DNA of 64,000 nucleotides from a bacterium. GTDB taxonomy: Bacteria > Bacteroidota > Bacteroidia > Sphingobacteriales > Sphingobacteriaceae. The notes below the pieces were generated by a model. That model was not told where the DNA came from. It was given only the letters and a program-made list of their open reading frames with translations, and ran no database searches. This document shows positions 31,011 to 40,977 of this stretch, piece after piece. Numbering within the stretch: the first letter of the stretch is position 1; every line of letters begins with the position of its first letter. The stretch covers positions 14,225 through 78,224 of the forward strand of contig JANLVJ010000084.1 in the NCBI GenBank assembly GCA_031363945.1, read 5' to 3'. The position numbers and the translations under genes were made by a program.

Positions 31011-32750
31011 ATGCATATCAAAACAAAATTACAATTGGGCCTGGGTTTTATATTCCTGCTGATTACCTTGATTTGTGGAATCTGTATTTATTATGTCAAT
31101 ACACTCGCTGGTGTTTCAAAGCTGATCATAAAAGATAATTACGAAACGATTGCTTATTCACGCAATATGCTTGTTGATCTGAATACGCTTGACTCAATGA
31201 CTCAAACCCATCGAAAAAGCGACTTTATGAAAAATCTAAAGGCTCAGGAAAATAATATTACCGAGCCTGGTGAAGCAGAAAAGACAGCACATTTACGCTT
31301 ACTGGCTGAAAGATATTTTAGTATAACTGATTCTACAATCACTTCTGTTGCCCTTAACGCTGCTGATTCTCACAAGATTACTATTTATTTAATGCAAAAG
31401 GATTTGTACGGTCTGATGGAATTAAATATGAAGGCTATTGTGCTTAAAAATCAACATGCCGAACGTACAGCGGGCAATGCGATCATTTTTGTCAGCGTGA
31501 CCTGCACCATCTGTTTTCTGCTGGCATTTACTTTTATTGTAAATTTTCCTGGTTATATAGCAAACCCTGTAAAAGAGTTGACAATGGGAATACAGGAGAT
31601 TGCCAGGAAAAACTATAGTTTAAGACTTCATTATCAGGAAAATGATGAATTCGGGCAGCTAGCAGAGTCATTCAATGAGATGGCTTATAAACTTGATGAG
31701 TTTGAACATAGCAACCTTGCAAAAATTGTTTTTGAAAAGAAACGGGTTGAGACAATCATTCGCAATATGAGTGATATGATTATAGGCCTTGATGAAAATG
31801 ATCGTATTCTCTTTGCAAATCCTGTTGCCTGTAATTTACTGGGCGTAAAAGAAATAGACATGATTACCGTTTATGCTCCAGACTTTGCACTTAAAAATGA
31901 CCTGTTCAGAACACTCATCCGCGATCAGGCTGATAAAGTAATTAAGATTTTTGCTGACAATAAGGAAAGCTACTTTAGTAAAGAAACCCTGGAGATCAAA
32001 AACGCAGATACGGTATTGGGGAAAGTCATACTATTAAAAAATATTACCAAGTTTCAGGAACTCGATAAAGCGAAAACTAATTTTATTGCGACTATTTCTC
32101 ATGAACTAAAGACCCCTATTTCATCTATAAAGCTCAGCTTAAAGCTTCTTTCAGATGAAAGAATCGGACATTTAAATCAGGAACAGCAGCAGCTGATTGG
32201 AAACATCATGGAAGACAGTCAGCGTCTGCTGACTATAACAGGAGAGCTTCTTGATCTTGCTCAGGTTGAAACAGGACATATTCAATTAAATATACAATCA
32301 ACAGACCCACAGGCAATCCTTGATTATTCACTTGAAGCAGTAAAAATTCCAGCACGACAAAAACAGGTTAATATTCAGATTGATCTGGTGCAAAACATGC
32401 CTTTGATTTTAGCAGACCAGGAGAAAACTGCCTGGGTTCTGATTAACCTATTATCAAATGCACTCAGGTACAGCCCTGAAAAAGGAAATATCATGCTTAC
32501 TATAAAGGAAACTGAAAACCAGGTAGAATTCTCTGTTTTAGATTTTGGCAAAGGCATTGAAGAGCAATATCGGAAACTCATATTTGATCGGTTTTTCAGG
32601 GTACCATCTGAAATAAACTTTGAAAAAAATGGCAGTGGTCTGGGTCTTTCGATATCGAAAGACTTTATTGAATCACAGGGTGGATCTATCGGGGTTGAGA
32701 GCACTGTAGATCAGGGCAGCCGCTTCTGGTTTGCACTTAATAAAGCCTAG
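31011..32750 (+). CDS. Sensor histidine kinase (TM-HAMP-PAS-HisKA-HATPase_c)
   Basis: 579 aa. HAMP (EFGQLAESFNEMAYKL), H-box SHELKTPISSI, N/G boxes LINLLSNALRYSP and GSGLGLSISKDF. Confidence 0.85.
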   Translation: MHIKTKLQLGLGFIFLLITLICGICIYYVNTLAGVSKLIIKDNYETIAYSRNMLVDLNTLDSMTQTHRKSDFMKNLKAQENNITEPGEAEKTAHLRLLAERYFSITDSTITSVALNAADSHKITIYLMQKDLYGLMELNMKAIVLKNQHAERTAGNAIIFVSVTCTICFLLAFTFIVNFPGYIANPVKELTMGIQEIARKNYSLRLHYQENDEFGQLAESFNEMAYKLDEFEHSNLAKIVFEKKRVETIIRNMSDMIIGLDENDRILFANPVACNLLGVKEIDMITVYAPDFALKNDLFRTLIRDQADKVIKIFADNKESYFSKETLEIKNADTVLGKVILLKNITKFQELDKAKTNFIATISHELKTPISSIKLSLKLLSDERIGHLNQEQQQLIGNIMEDSQRLLTITGELLDLAQVETGHIQLNIQSTDPQAILDYSLEAVKIPARQKQVNIQIDLVQNMPLILADQEKTAWVLINLLSNALRYSPEKGNIMLTIKETENQVEFSVLDFGKGIEEQYRKLIFDRFFRVPSEINFEKNGSGLGLSISKDFIESQGGSIGVESTVDQGSRFWFALNKA

Positions 32751-32886
32751 ATAAATTTATCAAAGAGCAGTCAGATCCAGGCAGATCTCAGTCAGCGTCT
32801 AAAAATATCAATCTCATCGTTAAACCCTAGATAGTAATTTTGCTCTTATGTATAGGTGGCGTACTGCGACTTCTAATCAAGATCAT

Positions 32887-33195
32887 ATGAAAAATACTAT
32901 TTCCCTGGTTTTATTACTTCTTACATTAGGCCTTACCGTGACCAGTTTTGAGGGCTGCACAACAAGGCGTGCTCCGGCAAGATTTACCTGGGTTGGTAAA
33001 CCAGCAAAAAATCTGGTGTATCACAATGGTCCGCCAACGACAACACGAAGTGATGATAATGGTGGGCAAATATTTATTTATACCCAGAATCAGACTGTAA
33101 GTACACAATACGGTGCGCAGCAATCAAGAAAAAGCACTCTTTATTACGTAAACCCGTATGGTATTATCTATCACATACTGATTCAGAATTTATAA
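32887..33195 (+). CDS. Small lipoprotein, unknown function
   Basis: Start moved to ATG 32887. MKNTISLVLLLLTLGLTVTSFEGC is a lipobox-like signal. Confidence 0.5.
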   Translation: MKNTISLVLLLLTLGLTVTSFEGCTTRRAPARFTWVGKPAKNLVYHNGPPTTTRSDDNGGQIFIYTQNQTVSTQYGAQQSRKSTLYYVNPYGIIYHILIQNL

Positions 33196-33255
33196 GACAG
33201 GAAGCTGAAAAAATGATCTAAGAGTCAAGATCTTTTTTGATAAGTAACGTTGGCC

Positions 33256-34083
33256 TTATTCGAAGCCGATATCAGTATCGATATACTGTTTGTAAAGACT
33301 TTGAGATAGAACCAGACTACCTGCTAGATCTGCACTATAGTTTGGCCTTTTGACCCCTGGCAAAGCAAAAGTGTTCAGGGGTTGTTGAGCAATTAATTCA
33401 GGATTGAATTTTTTATGCCTCAGCAAGCATTCTTGTCCGTAGTTGATCAGCAAAGTCCATTGTTTTAGCTGCAAGGGTATTTTAAGTACCCAGAAGTTGC
33501 CTGAAATTTCAGGCATATACTTAAGTAAATCGTTAAAGTCAAAAGCCGTTTTTAAGAATTTCTGCCCCCACTTTTTATAACCGTTTTTATCTTTTTCAGC
33601 CAATGAATGTGCGCATTTAAGTTCTAACTGATTAAGGTAGCGATTCAGACATTCAGTTGTCAGACTATTAAGATCAGCCACAAAGCCCTTATTTGCCTTA
33701 AATTCAGGTATACAACTATAAAATAGATCGAGTGCAGGTAAAAGAATACGCTGCTGATCACTAGTTTGCATCGCCAGCCCCTTATCTGACGAGAATACAG
33801 CATTAAGTAAAGTCATTTTTTCTGTGTCAATAAAGGATACCGTCTGAAATGAATAGCCCGCGGCGAGTAAAATTTTCCATGCCTTTTCTAATTTCCTGCT
33901 AGTTGAGCCGTACCTATGAATCAGTAAAATTGAGATCTGATCGGGTAAACTGTCTTGAACAATGTACCTGCCCTGAACAATGTACCTGCCCTTAAGATGA
34001 GTTGCCTGGCTTTTTGATCCAAGGGCAATAATCAGGCATATTAGCAGTAAAGGTTTAATCAGAAATCCTTTATGCTGCTTCAT
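33256..34083 (-). CDS. Secreted hypothetical protein
   Basis: 275 aa with a signal peptide. No recognised motif. Begins 3 nt after the stop of the upstream exonuclease/GIY-YIG gene. Confidence 0.5.
   Translation of the reverse strand: MKQHKGFLIKPLLLICLIIALGSKSQATHLKGRYIVQGRYIVQDSLPDQISILLIHRYGSTSRKLEKAWKILLAAGYSFQTVSFIDTEKMTLLNAVFSSDKGLAMQTSDQQRILLPALDLFYSCIPEFKANKGFVADLNSLTTECLNRYLNQLELKCAHSLAEKDKNGYKKWGQKFLKTAFDFNDLLKYMPEISGNFWVLKIPLQLKQWTLLINYGQECLLRHKKFNPELIAQQPLNTFALPGVKRPNYSADLAGSLVLSQSLYKQYIDTDIGFE
33956..33991. repeat. Perfect 18-bp tandem duplication inside the CDS
   Basis: tgaacaatgtacctgccc occurs twice, giving GRYIVQ-GRYIVQ in the protein. It is in frame. Confidence 0.9.
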
Positions 34084-34085
34084 AT

Positions 34086-35456
34086 CTATTGAAACCAGAT
34101 AATAGAAGAAGGGCTCGAGATTGAAAATTTTTGTATCAAGCGTTTACTGAATGAACTTTCATGAAGCAGTTTGACATAATTTTTCAGACTTTCAATCGTC
34201 TGGGGTATCAGTAGAGAAGTTGGTAGATAACCCATTCCATATAATTTACCTTCAACCACAAGAATGCAGCTTTGCTGGTCTGATTCAATTCCTTTATCAA
34301 TAATAGCAAATGATTGCTGGGTAGCAAGATCTTCAAGTGCCAGTATCAGTCGTAAATTATAAGATTCAACAGATTCCTGCTTCTGACAGGCACCATGACA
34401 ATTACCTTTTAAAAACGCATAACAATCAGCTGAATTGCGCTGTATAAAGCAAAGTTTCGGACATAAGCTATGTTGTTGAACCAGTTTAACCAGGAAAGAA
34501 TATGCTTCAGCCAGATTGAAGAAAGCCTGAACAGGAGGTAATGAAGAATTAATCTTTTCTATCCCCAAACGTTTGTAACCATTTTGATCACTAAACAGAT
34601 AAAGCCCAAACTGTTGCTGCCTGTTTTTCTGAGCCTTGTTAAACTCAGGCCAGAGTCTTTTTATTTCAGCATCTTCGAAAATTGCAGCCATTAACTCTGT
34701 GCCACAACGTTCATAACTGAAAGAATGGATTTTAGCAATAAAATTTTGCTTCTGTTTGCTGACCAGGGCAGAACTAAAATGCCCGTTGACCCTTGATTTT
34801 AGGTTTTTTGCTTTCCCTACATATACCACTTTACCTTTTTGATCATGAAAGTAATAGACCCCTGGACTACTCGGTAATGCTATAAACTGCTCAAAAGGAA
34901 CATTAGGAGGAAGCTTTGTAGCTACCCTGTTTTCTTTAAGCAAACCTTTAATATATCCGCTATGGTCTTCAAGAATCAAACGTTTAAATAGAATAGTTGT
35001 TGCTTCAGCATCACCCGCGGCACGGTGTCTGGCGATATTAGCTATACCCAGACTGGAACACAATCTTCCTAATTTATAGGAAGGCAAACCAGGAAGTAAT
35101 TTTCTACTGAGATGAACTGTACATAACTTTTTCAGGTTGAGATCATAGCCGTGGTCAGCTAGCATCGAACGAACAAACGAGTAATCAAAATTGACATTAT
35201 GCGCAATAAAGATCTTATGCTGCAGGAGCGTAAAGATTTTCATCGCCAGATCACCAAAAACAGGACTATTTTCAACCATATCATCGGTGATACCGGTGAG
35301 GGTTTGAATAAAATAGGGAATTGGCTGCTGGGGGTTTACCAACGATTCAAAGCGTTCTACGATGTTACCATTATGTAATATGACAATAGCAATTTCGGTG
35401 ATCCGGTTACCAGCAGCATAATTGCCAGTAGTTTCTATATCAACTATTGCATACAT
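34086..35456 (-). CDS. DnaQ-like 3'-5' exonuclease fused to a GIY-YIG (Cho/UvrC N-terminal-like) nuclease
   Basis: 456 aa. ExoI AIVDIETTG, ExoIII HRAAGDAEAT. GIY-YIG block PGVYYFHDQKGKVVYVGKAKNLKSRVNGHF. Cys-rich UvrC-like segment CPKLCF...CHGAC. Confidence 0.85.
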   Translation of the reverse strand: MYAIVDIETTGNYAAGNRITEIAIVILHNGNIVERFESLVNPQQPIPYFIQTLTGITDDMVENSPVFGDLAMKIFTLLQHKIFIAHNVNFDYSFVRSMLADHGYDLNLKKLCTVHLSRKLLPGLPSYKLGRLCSSLGIANIARHRAAGDAEATTILFKRLILEDHSGYIKGLLKENRVATKLPPNVPFEQFIALPSSPGVYYFHDQKGKVVYVGKAKNLKSRVNGHFSSALVSKQKQNFIAKIHSFSYERCGTELMAAIFEDAEIKRLWPEFNKAQKNRQQQFGLYLFSDQNGYKRLGIEKINSSLPPVQAFFNLAEAYSFLVKLVQQHSLCPKLCFIQRNSADCYAFLKGNCHGACQKQESVESYNLRLILALEDLATQQSFAIIDKGIESDQQSCILVVEGKLYGMGYLPTSLLIPQTIESLKNYVKLLHESSFSKRLIQKFSISSPSSIIWFQ

Positions 35457-35468
35457 ATGGGGTATTTA

Positions 35469-35786
35469 TTAGCCAAGTATCTGTACTGTGATTCCATCAA
35501 CTTCATCATTTATCCGAATCTGACATGAAAGGCGGCTATTTGGTTTTAATACTGGCAGCATATCAAGCATTTCAAGTTCAGCATCGTTTGGGGCAGAAAG
35601 CTGATCATGCCCGACAATTACATCAACGTGGCAGGTTGCACATAATGCCATACCTCCGCAGGATGCCTCAATTTCATAGCCAGAGGCCTTCATAGCCTCC
35701 ATCAGGCTTAAATTAATTCCAGTGGGTACTTCCAATGGTTTCAGACTGCCATCGAAATCAATGACATTAACAGTTATAAGGTCCAT
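35469..35786 (-). CDS. 2Fe-2S ferredoxin (adrenodoxin/Fdx type)
   Basis: 105 aa. CGGMALCATCH ... SRLSCQ cysteine pattern. Confidence 0.85.
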   Translation of the reverse strand: MDLITVNVIDFDGSLKPLEVPTGINLSLMEAMKASGYEIEASCGGMALCATCHVDVIVGHDQLSAPNDAELEMLDMLPVLKPNSRLSCQIRINDEVDGITVQILG

Positions 35787-36791
35787 TTAAAAAGATTCAA
35801 TTCCGTTAACGGTAGTATATTTAAGGTTTACCCGCTTATCGGGATATATGTATTTGTAAGCACCGTGGGCCATTAATGCAGCTTCATGAAAACCACATAA
35901 AATGAGCTTTAACTTACCAGGATATGTATTGATATCTCCAATAGCAAAAACACCAGGTATATCAGTCGCAAAATCATGGGTATTTACTGTTATTGCATTT
36001 TTTTCAAGGCTAAGTTTCCAATTTTCTATTGGCCCCAATTTGGGGCTCAAACCAAATAGTGGAATAAAATAGTCTGCAGCATATTCAGTTTTTATACCAC
36101 TCGCATCATCGACTGTAATTGACTGTATATGTCCTTCGCCACTTAAAGCTGAAACCTGGGAATTAAGTAAAAGAGTTAGTTTTTTCTGGTCATGCAGTAC
36201 CTGCACTTTATGGGCCGAATCAGGTGCACCTCTGAATGATGACCCTCTGTGAACAAGGATGACTTCTGAGCCAAGTGAACATAAATGAATAGCCCAATCT
36301 AGTGCTGAATCTCCGCCTCCAGCAATTAATACCTTTTTACCTGTATAGAGATTCGGGTCTTTTATGAAGTAATGAACACCCTTATTTTCATAAGTAGCCA
36401 AATTTTCCAGTTCTGGTTTTCTGGGTTCGAAACACCCAAGACCTGCCGCAATTGCAATAGTTTTGGCATGAATTTCAGTCTGGTCCGAGGTCATAACGAT
36501 GAATGAACCATCATCAAGCTTTGTGAAACTTTCTATTCTTTCACCCAGAGTATAACCAGGTTTAAATGGTTCAATTTGCTTTTCAAGGTTATCAATCAGT
36601 TCATGTGCAAGAACAGAGGGGTAACCTGGGATATCATAAATTGGCTTTTTCGGATAAATTTCTGCTAGTTGCCCCCCAATCTGCGGCAAGACATCAACTA
36701 TATGACAACGTAATTTTAAAAGACCGGCTTCAAAAACGGCAAAAAGACCAACTGGTCCTGCGCCTACTATACAAATGTCTGTTTCAATCAT
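35787..36791 (-). CDS. Ferredoxin-NADP+ reductase, thioredoxin-reductase-like type (YumC-like)
   Basis: 334 aa. GAGPVGLF FAD motif, GGGDSALDWA NAD(P) motif, IGGQL...IYDIPGYP are typical of type 2 FNR. The stop abuts the ferredoxin start. Confidence 0.85.
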   Translation of the reverse strand: MIETDICIVGAGPVGLFAVFEAGLLKLRCHIVDVLPQIGGQLAEIYPKKPIYDIPGYPSVLAHELIDNLEKQIEPFKPGYTLGERIESFTKLDDGSFIVMTSDQTEIHAKTIAIAAGLGCFEPRKPELENLATYENKGVHYFIKDPNLYTGKKVLIAGGGDSALDWAIHLCSLGSEVILVHRGSSFRGAPDSAHKVQVLHDQKKLTLLLNSQVSALSGEGHIQSITVDDASGIKTEYAADYFIPLFGLSPKLGPIENWKLSLEKNAITVNTHDFATDIPGVFAIGDINTYPGKLKLILCGFHEAALMAHGAYKYIYPDKRVNLKYTTVNGIESF

Positions 36792-36820
36792 TCTGAAAAA
36801 ATGCGAAAAAATTTAAATTT

Positions 36821-37138
36821 TTATAAGAAACCCAGGGTTAGCTTAGCTTCTTCGGTCATCATCTCCTGAGACCATGGCGGTTCAAAAATAACATCAACCT
36901 TAACTTCCTTTACTTCTTCAATCTCTTTAATACGGGCAGCAACATCAACAGGAATCTGCTCTGCAGCAAAACAGCTGGGAGCTGTCAGGGTCATATTTAC
37001 CTGAACATTATTATCATCATCGATTTCAATGCCGTAGATGAGGCCCAATTCATAAACATCAACAGGAATTTCAGGATCATAGACCAGCTTGATAGCTTCA
37101 ATTACCTTTTGTTCCATTTCAAGTACTCGCAACATCAT
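36821..37138 (-). CDS. sufT: SUF-associated DUF59 protein (SufT-like)
   Basis: 105 aa. VYDPEIPVDVYELGLIY ... TLTAPSC motif. 4-nt overlap with sufE. Confidence 0.8.
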   Translation of the reverse strand: MMLRVLEMEQKVIEAIKLVYDPEIPVDVYELGLIYGIEIDDDNNVQVNMTLTAPSCFAAEQIPVDVAARIKEIEEVKEVKVDVIFEPPWSQEMMTEEAKLTLGFL

Positions 37139-37584
37139 GATTTTTGAGAATTGGTATTTTGGATTTGAAAAGCGAGACCAAAAAGTTTCATTTGTTTTAT
37201 CATTGACAACAGGCCGTTTGAACGTGTAGGTGATAGGTGTTGCTGTAACCCGATTTCATCAATAAAATGCAAATTTGCTTCAACGATCTCTTTAGGTGTA
37301 TGCCCACTTAAAACCTTCACAATCAAACTAACGAGCCCTTTTGTAATGATGGCATCGCTATCGGCAGTAAAAATCACCTTACTATCAATTTGCTCAGCAT
37401 GCAACCATACCCTTGATTGGCACCCCTTTATGATATTATCATCAGTTTTAAACTGCTCATCGATCTGTGGAAGTTCCTTACCCAACTGAATAATAAGTTC
37501 ATATTTATCCATCCAGTTATCGAAAATACTAAAATCTTCAACCAGTAATGATTGAATTTCCTCAATAGGTGCTGTATCTGTCAT
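37135..37584 (-). CDS. sufE: SufE family sulfur acceptor
   Basis: 149 aa. IKGCQSRVWL active-site Cys motif. Overlaps the sufS stop by 1 nt. Confidence 0.85.
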   Translation of the reverse strand: MTDTAPIEEIQSLLVEDFSIFDNWMDKYELIIQLGKELPQIDEQFKTDDNIIKGCQSRVWLHAEQIDSKVIFTADSDAIITKGLVSLIVKVLSGHTPKEIVEANLHFIDEIGLQQHLSPTRSNGLLSMIKQMKLFGLAFQIQNTNSQKS

Positions 37585-38840
37585 TAACTTAACATGGTAA
37601 TGGCCTTCCTGATTCCTTTATCAAGACGGTAGATTTCTTCTTCTGAATTATAGAAACAAAATGACGCACGAACAGTTCCAGGAATGCCCAAAAAGTCCAT
37701 AATCGGTTGAGTACAATGGTGACCCGTACGAACAGCAATTCCTAACTGGTCTAGAATTACGCCCACATCATATGGATGTACACCTTTCACATTAAATGAT
37801 ACGATACTTGCCTTATTGGCAGACGTACCAATTAATTCAACACCTTCAATCTGACTCAGTGCATATGTTGATTTTTCTAGTAGTACTTGTTCAGCCTTCT
37901 CGATATTATCCATCCCAAGATTCATGAGATAGGTAATGGCAGCACTCAAACCAATACCACCTGCAATATGAGGTGTGCCAGCTTCAAATTTAAAAGGCAA
38001 TTCATTATAGGTAGTTTTGGTAAAGCTTACTGTTTTAATCATCTCACCCCCACCTTTCCAGGGTGGCATAGCTTCAAGCAATTTCTCTTTACCATATAGA
38101 ACTCCAAAACCAGTGGGTCCAAGAATTTTATGTGCCGAGAAAGTAAAGAAATCACAATCCAGAGCCTGAACATCAATAGTTTGGTGCGCAATTGACTGGG
38201 CACCATCAAGTAGTACCGGAATGTTTAGTGCATGAGCAGCATCAATCATTTCTTTCACCGGATTGATTGTACCTAGAGAATTTGAGATGTGACTGATAGC
38301 CACCAGACAAACTGATTCATCGAGCAGTTTGTAAAACTCTTCAATTACCAGCTCACCCGTATGATTCATCGGGATAACAACAAGTTCGGCTTCATACTGC
38401 TCACAAGCAAGCTGCCATGGAACAATATTTGAATGGTGCTCAAGAGCTGAAATCAGAATTTTACCCCCTTTTTTGAGAAACTTTCTTGAAAAAGATGATG
38501 CCACCAGATTGATGCTATCTGTTGTTCCACTGGTAAAAATAACTTCAGATAAACTACGGGCATTGATAAAATCACGAACCTTAACTCTGCAGGCTTCATA
38601 GGCCTCAGTTGCTGTCGCACTCAGATAATGAACGCCACGGTGAATATTGGCGTTCTCATACTTGTAATAATTATCTATAGCCTCAATTACCTGTAACGGC
38701 TTTTGAGAAGTTGCGGCATTATCAAGATATATAAGTGGATTTCCATGAACCTTAGTTGATAAAATAGGAAAGTCCTTTCTGATTTCTTCAACCGTAGGAA
38801 AATTATTTAAAACAATTAATTCATGAATGTTTGCTGACAT
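37584..38840 (-). CDS. sufS: Cysteine desulfurase, SufS subfamily
   Basis: 418 aa. PLP Lys motif FSAHKILGPTG, RTGHHCTQP active-site Cys loop. Confidence 0.95.
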   Translation of the reverse strand: MSANIHELIVLNNFPTVEEIRKDFPILSTKVHGNPLIYLDNAATSQKPLQVIEAIDNYYKYENANIHRGVHYLSATATEAYEACRVKVRDFINARSLSEVIFTSGTTDSINLVASSFSRKFLKKGGKILISALEHHSNIVPWQLACEQYEAELVVIPMNHTGELVIEEFYKLLDESVCLVAISHISNSLGTINPVKEMIDAAHALNIPVLLDGAQSIAHQTIDVQALDCDFFTFSAHKILGPTGFGVLYGKEKLLEAMPPWKGGGEMIKTVSFTKTTYNELPFKFEAGTPHIAGGIGLSAAITYLMNLGMDNIEKAEQVLLEKSTYALSQIEGVELIGTSANKASIVSFNVKGVHPYDVGVILDQLGIAVRTGHHCTQPIMDFLGIPGTVRASFCFYNSEEEIYRLDKGIRKAITMLS

Positions 38841-38852
38841 GATGACAAATTT

Positions 38853-40163
38853 TTAACCAATCAATTCATTGAGGTGCTCACGTAATGCTTCTGGTTTTAA
38901 GCGAAGCGTGAGTTCATGGGCGAATGCTTTAATAAGAAGTAATTTTGCAGTTTCTTCAGAGATACCTCTGGCCTTTAGATAAAACAAAGAATCCTGATTT
39001 AACTGGCCAATTGTAGAGCCATGGCTGCATTTAACATCATCAGCAAAAATAACAAGCTCAGGCTTACTATTCATGCTTGAGTTGCGACCGAGTAGAATCG
39101 AATTATTCTGCTGGTAAGCATTGGTTTTTTGGGCATCAGGATGAACAACAACTTTTCCATTAAAGACACCGCTTGACTTACCATTTAGAATACCTTTATA
39201 ATGCTCGCTACTCATGCAATTGTTTACCTGATGATCTGCCAACGTGTGATTATCAACAAGTTCTGCATCTTTAGTTTGGTAGAAGCCATACATATGGGCT
39301 TCAATACCAGGCCCTTCAAGAAACATATTAAGGTTATTTCGGGTAAAGGCCCCTTCAAGCGTATACGTATGATTGTTGTATATACTGTCTTGAGATAGAA
39401 ATGCATCATTCTTATTCAGAATAGCAGTATTTGCATTTCCCCGCTGAATAAAAACTTCTGTCGCACTGCTCTGCTGACCGACGAAAAACTCTCCATGGTG
39501 ATTTACGTTGATTTGTGCATTACCTGAACTAACATTTAGCGTAGTTTCAATGAGTTCAATAGAGCCAAGCTCATGTACAATTACCAGATTACGAGAATTT
39601 ATAAAAATGTTCTCGGCACTATCAAGAATATTGATGATATATATAGGCTTTGTAGCTGTATATCCCTTGTCTACTTCTATATACAAGCCTCTGTCGCTTT
39701 TTGCCAGGTTCATAGCACTGAAATACTCAGTTGATGAGCTGTCACGCCTGTTAAAATACAATTCGAATGAAGATTGGTTAAAAGCATCCTGAAGGGAAAT
39801 GAATTTTATCGATTCAGCATCTTTACCGGTTAAACTGGCTGATAAACCTGCTGAATACTGACCGTTCACGAGTACTATGCGGTAACAATCGAGTCCCTTA
39901 ATTTCAGTTGCCTGTAACTCCTGAAGGTATAAATTATCATTCAGCGATAATGAAGGAATCTTAAACTCATGGTTTAAGAGCGATTTTACAGAGGTATACT
40001 TCCATGATTCATCACGGGTGGTTGGTACTGCAAGTTCTTCCAGCGAATGTAATGCTTTATTACGTATCGCCTGTAAAAACCCTGATTCACTGTTCATAAT
40101 TTGGTTAATTTCCAGCTCTCCATCGATTTTTTCAACTAAAGAATATTCGTGTTGATTCGTCAT
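38853..40163 (-). CDS. sufD: Fe-S cluster assembly protein SufD
   Basis: 436 aa. C-terminal beta-helix region with PELVIFADDVKCSHGSTIGQL. Confidence 0.9.
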   Translation of the reverse strand: MTNQHEYSLVEKIDGELEINQIMNSESGFLQAIRNKALHSLEELAVPTTRDESWKYTSVKSLLNHEFKIPSLSLNDNLYLQELQATEIKGLDCYRIVLVNGQYSAGLSASLTGKDAESIKFISLQDAFNQSSFELYFNRRDSSSTEYFSAMNLAKSDRGLYIEVDKGYTATKPIYIINILDSAENIFINSRNLVIVHELGSIELIETTLNVSSGNAQINVNHHGEFFVGQQSSATEVFIQRGNANTAILNKNDAFLSQDSIYNNHTYTLEGAFTRNNLNMFLEGPGIEAHMYGFYQTKDAELVDNHTLADHQVNNCMSSEHYKGILNGKSSGVFNGKVVVHPDAQKTNAYQQNNSILLGRNSSMNSKPELVIFADDVKCSHGSTIGQLNQDSLFYLKARGISEETAKLLLIKAFAHELTLRLKPEALREHLNELIG

Positions 40164-40172
40164 CTACCTGTT

Positions 40173-40955
40173 TTATCTTGTTAATGAATCAGTTCCTAAT
40201 TCCTTCACCCAGTCATAACCTCTAACTTCAAGTTCTTTGGCAAGTTCTTTAGTGCCGGTTTTGACAATTTTACCTTCAAACAAAACATGAACAACATCAG
40301 GAATGATATAGTCAAGCAGACGCTGGTAATGTGTAATCACCATGAATGAACGCTCGGCGCTGCGAAGTTTATTTACACCCTGAGCTACAATTTTCAATGC
40401 ATCGATGTCAAGGCCAGAATCTGTTTCATCAAGAATTCCTAACATCGGCTCAAGCATGGCCAATTGAAAAATTTCATTCCGTTTTTTCTCTCCCCCTGAA
40501 AAACCTTCATTTAAAGAACGCCCAGTAAGCTTGGCATCAAATTCTACCAGGTTTTGACATTCTTTAACTCTGGCAAGAAAGCTTTTGGCGTCCATTGGTT
40601 CAAGCCCTTTGTATTTACGGATTTCGTTAACAGCAGTCTTCAGAAAATTGATATTAGAAACACCTGGTATTTCAACCGGATACTGAAAAGCGAGAAAAAC
40701 GCCTTCTCTTGCTCTGTCTTCAGGAGAAAAATCTAATAGATTTTTACCATTAAATATGATTTCACCATCAGTGACCTCATAATCATTTTTACCAGCAAGT
40801 ACTGAGGCTAAGGTACTTTTACCCGAACCATTGGGCCCCATAATAGCATGAACCTGTCCTGCAGCGACTGTAAGGTTTAAACCTTTCAATATTTCTTTTC
40901 CTGCGATACCTGCGTGCAGGTTTCTAATTTCTAATAATACTGATGTATTCGTCAT
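40173..40955 (-). CDS. sufC: Fe-S cluster assembly ATPase SufC
   Basis: 260 aa. Walker A GPNGSGKST, ABC signature FSGGEKKR, Walker B ILDETDSGLD. Confidence 0.95.
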   Translation of the reverse strand: MTNTSVLLEIRNLHAGIAGKEILKGLNLTVAAGQVHAIMGPNGSGKSTLASVLAGKNDYEVTDGEIIFNGKNLLDFSPEDRAREGVFLAFQYPVEIPGVSNINFLKTAVNEIRKYKGLEPMDAKSFLARVKECQNLVEFDAKLTGRSLNEGFSGGEKKRNEIFQLAMLEPMLGILDETDSGLDIDALKIVAQGVNKLRSAERSFMVITHYQRLLDYIIPDVVHVLFEGKIVKTGTKELAKELEVRGYDWVKELGTDSLTR

Positions 40956-40977
40956 GCTTCTAAATCAAATCAAACTA

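Noticed and set aside
33211-33240. Hairpin between the lipoprotein gene and the convergent secreted-protein gene as a bidirectional terminator
   Set aside because: The GATCT/AGATC core gives only about 5 bp of clean stem with A/T extensions. It is too weak to list as a feature.
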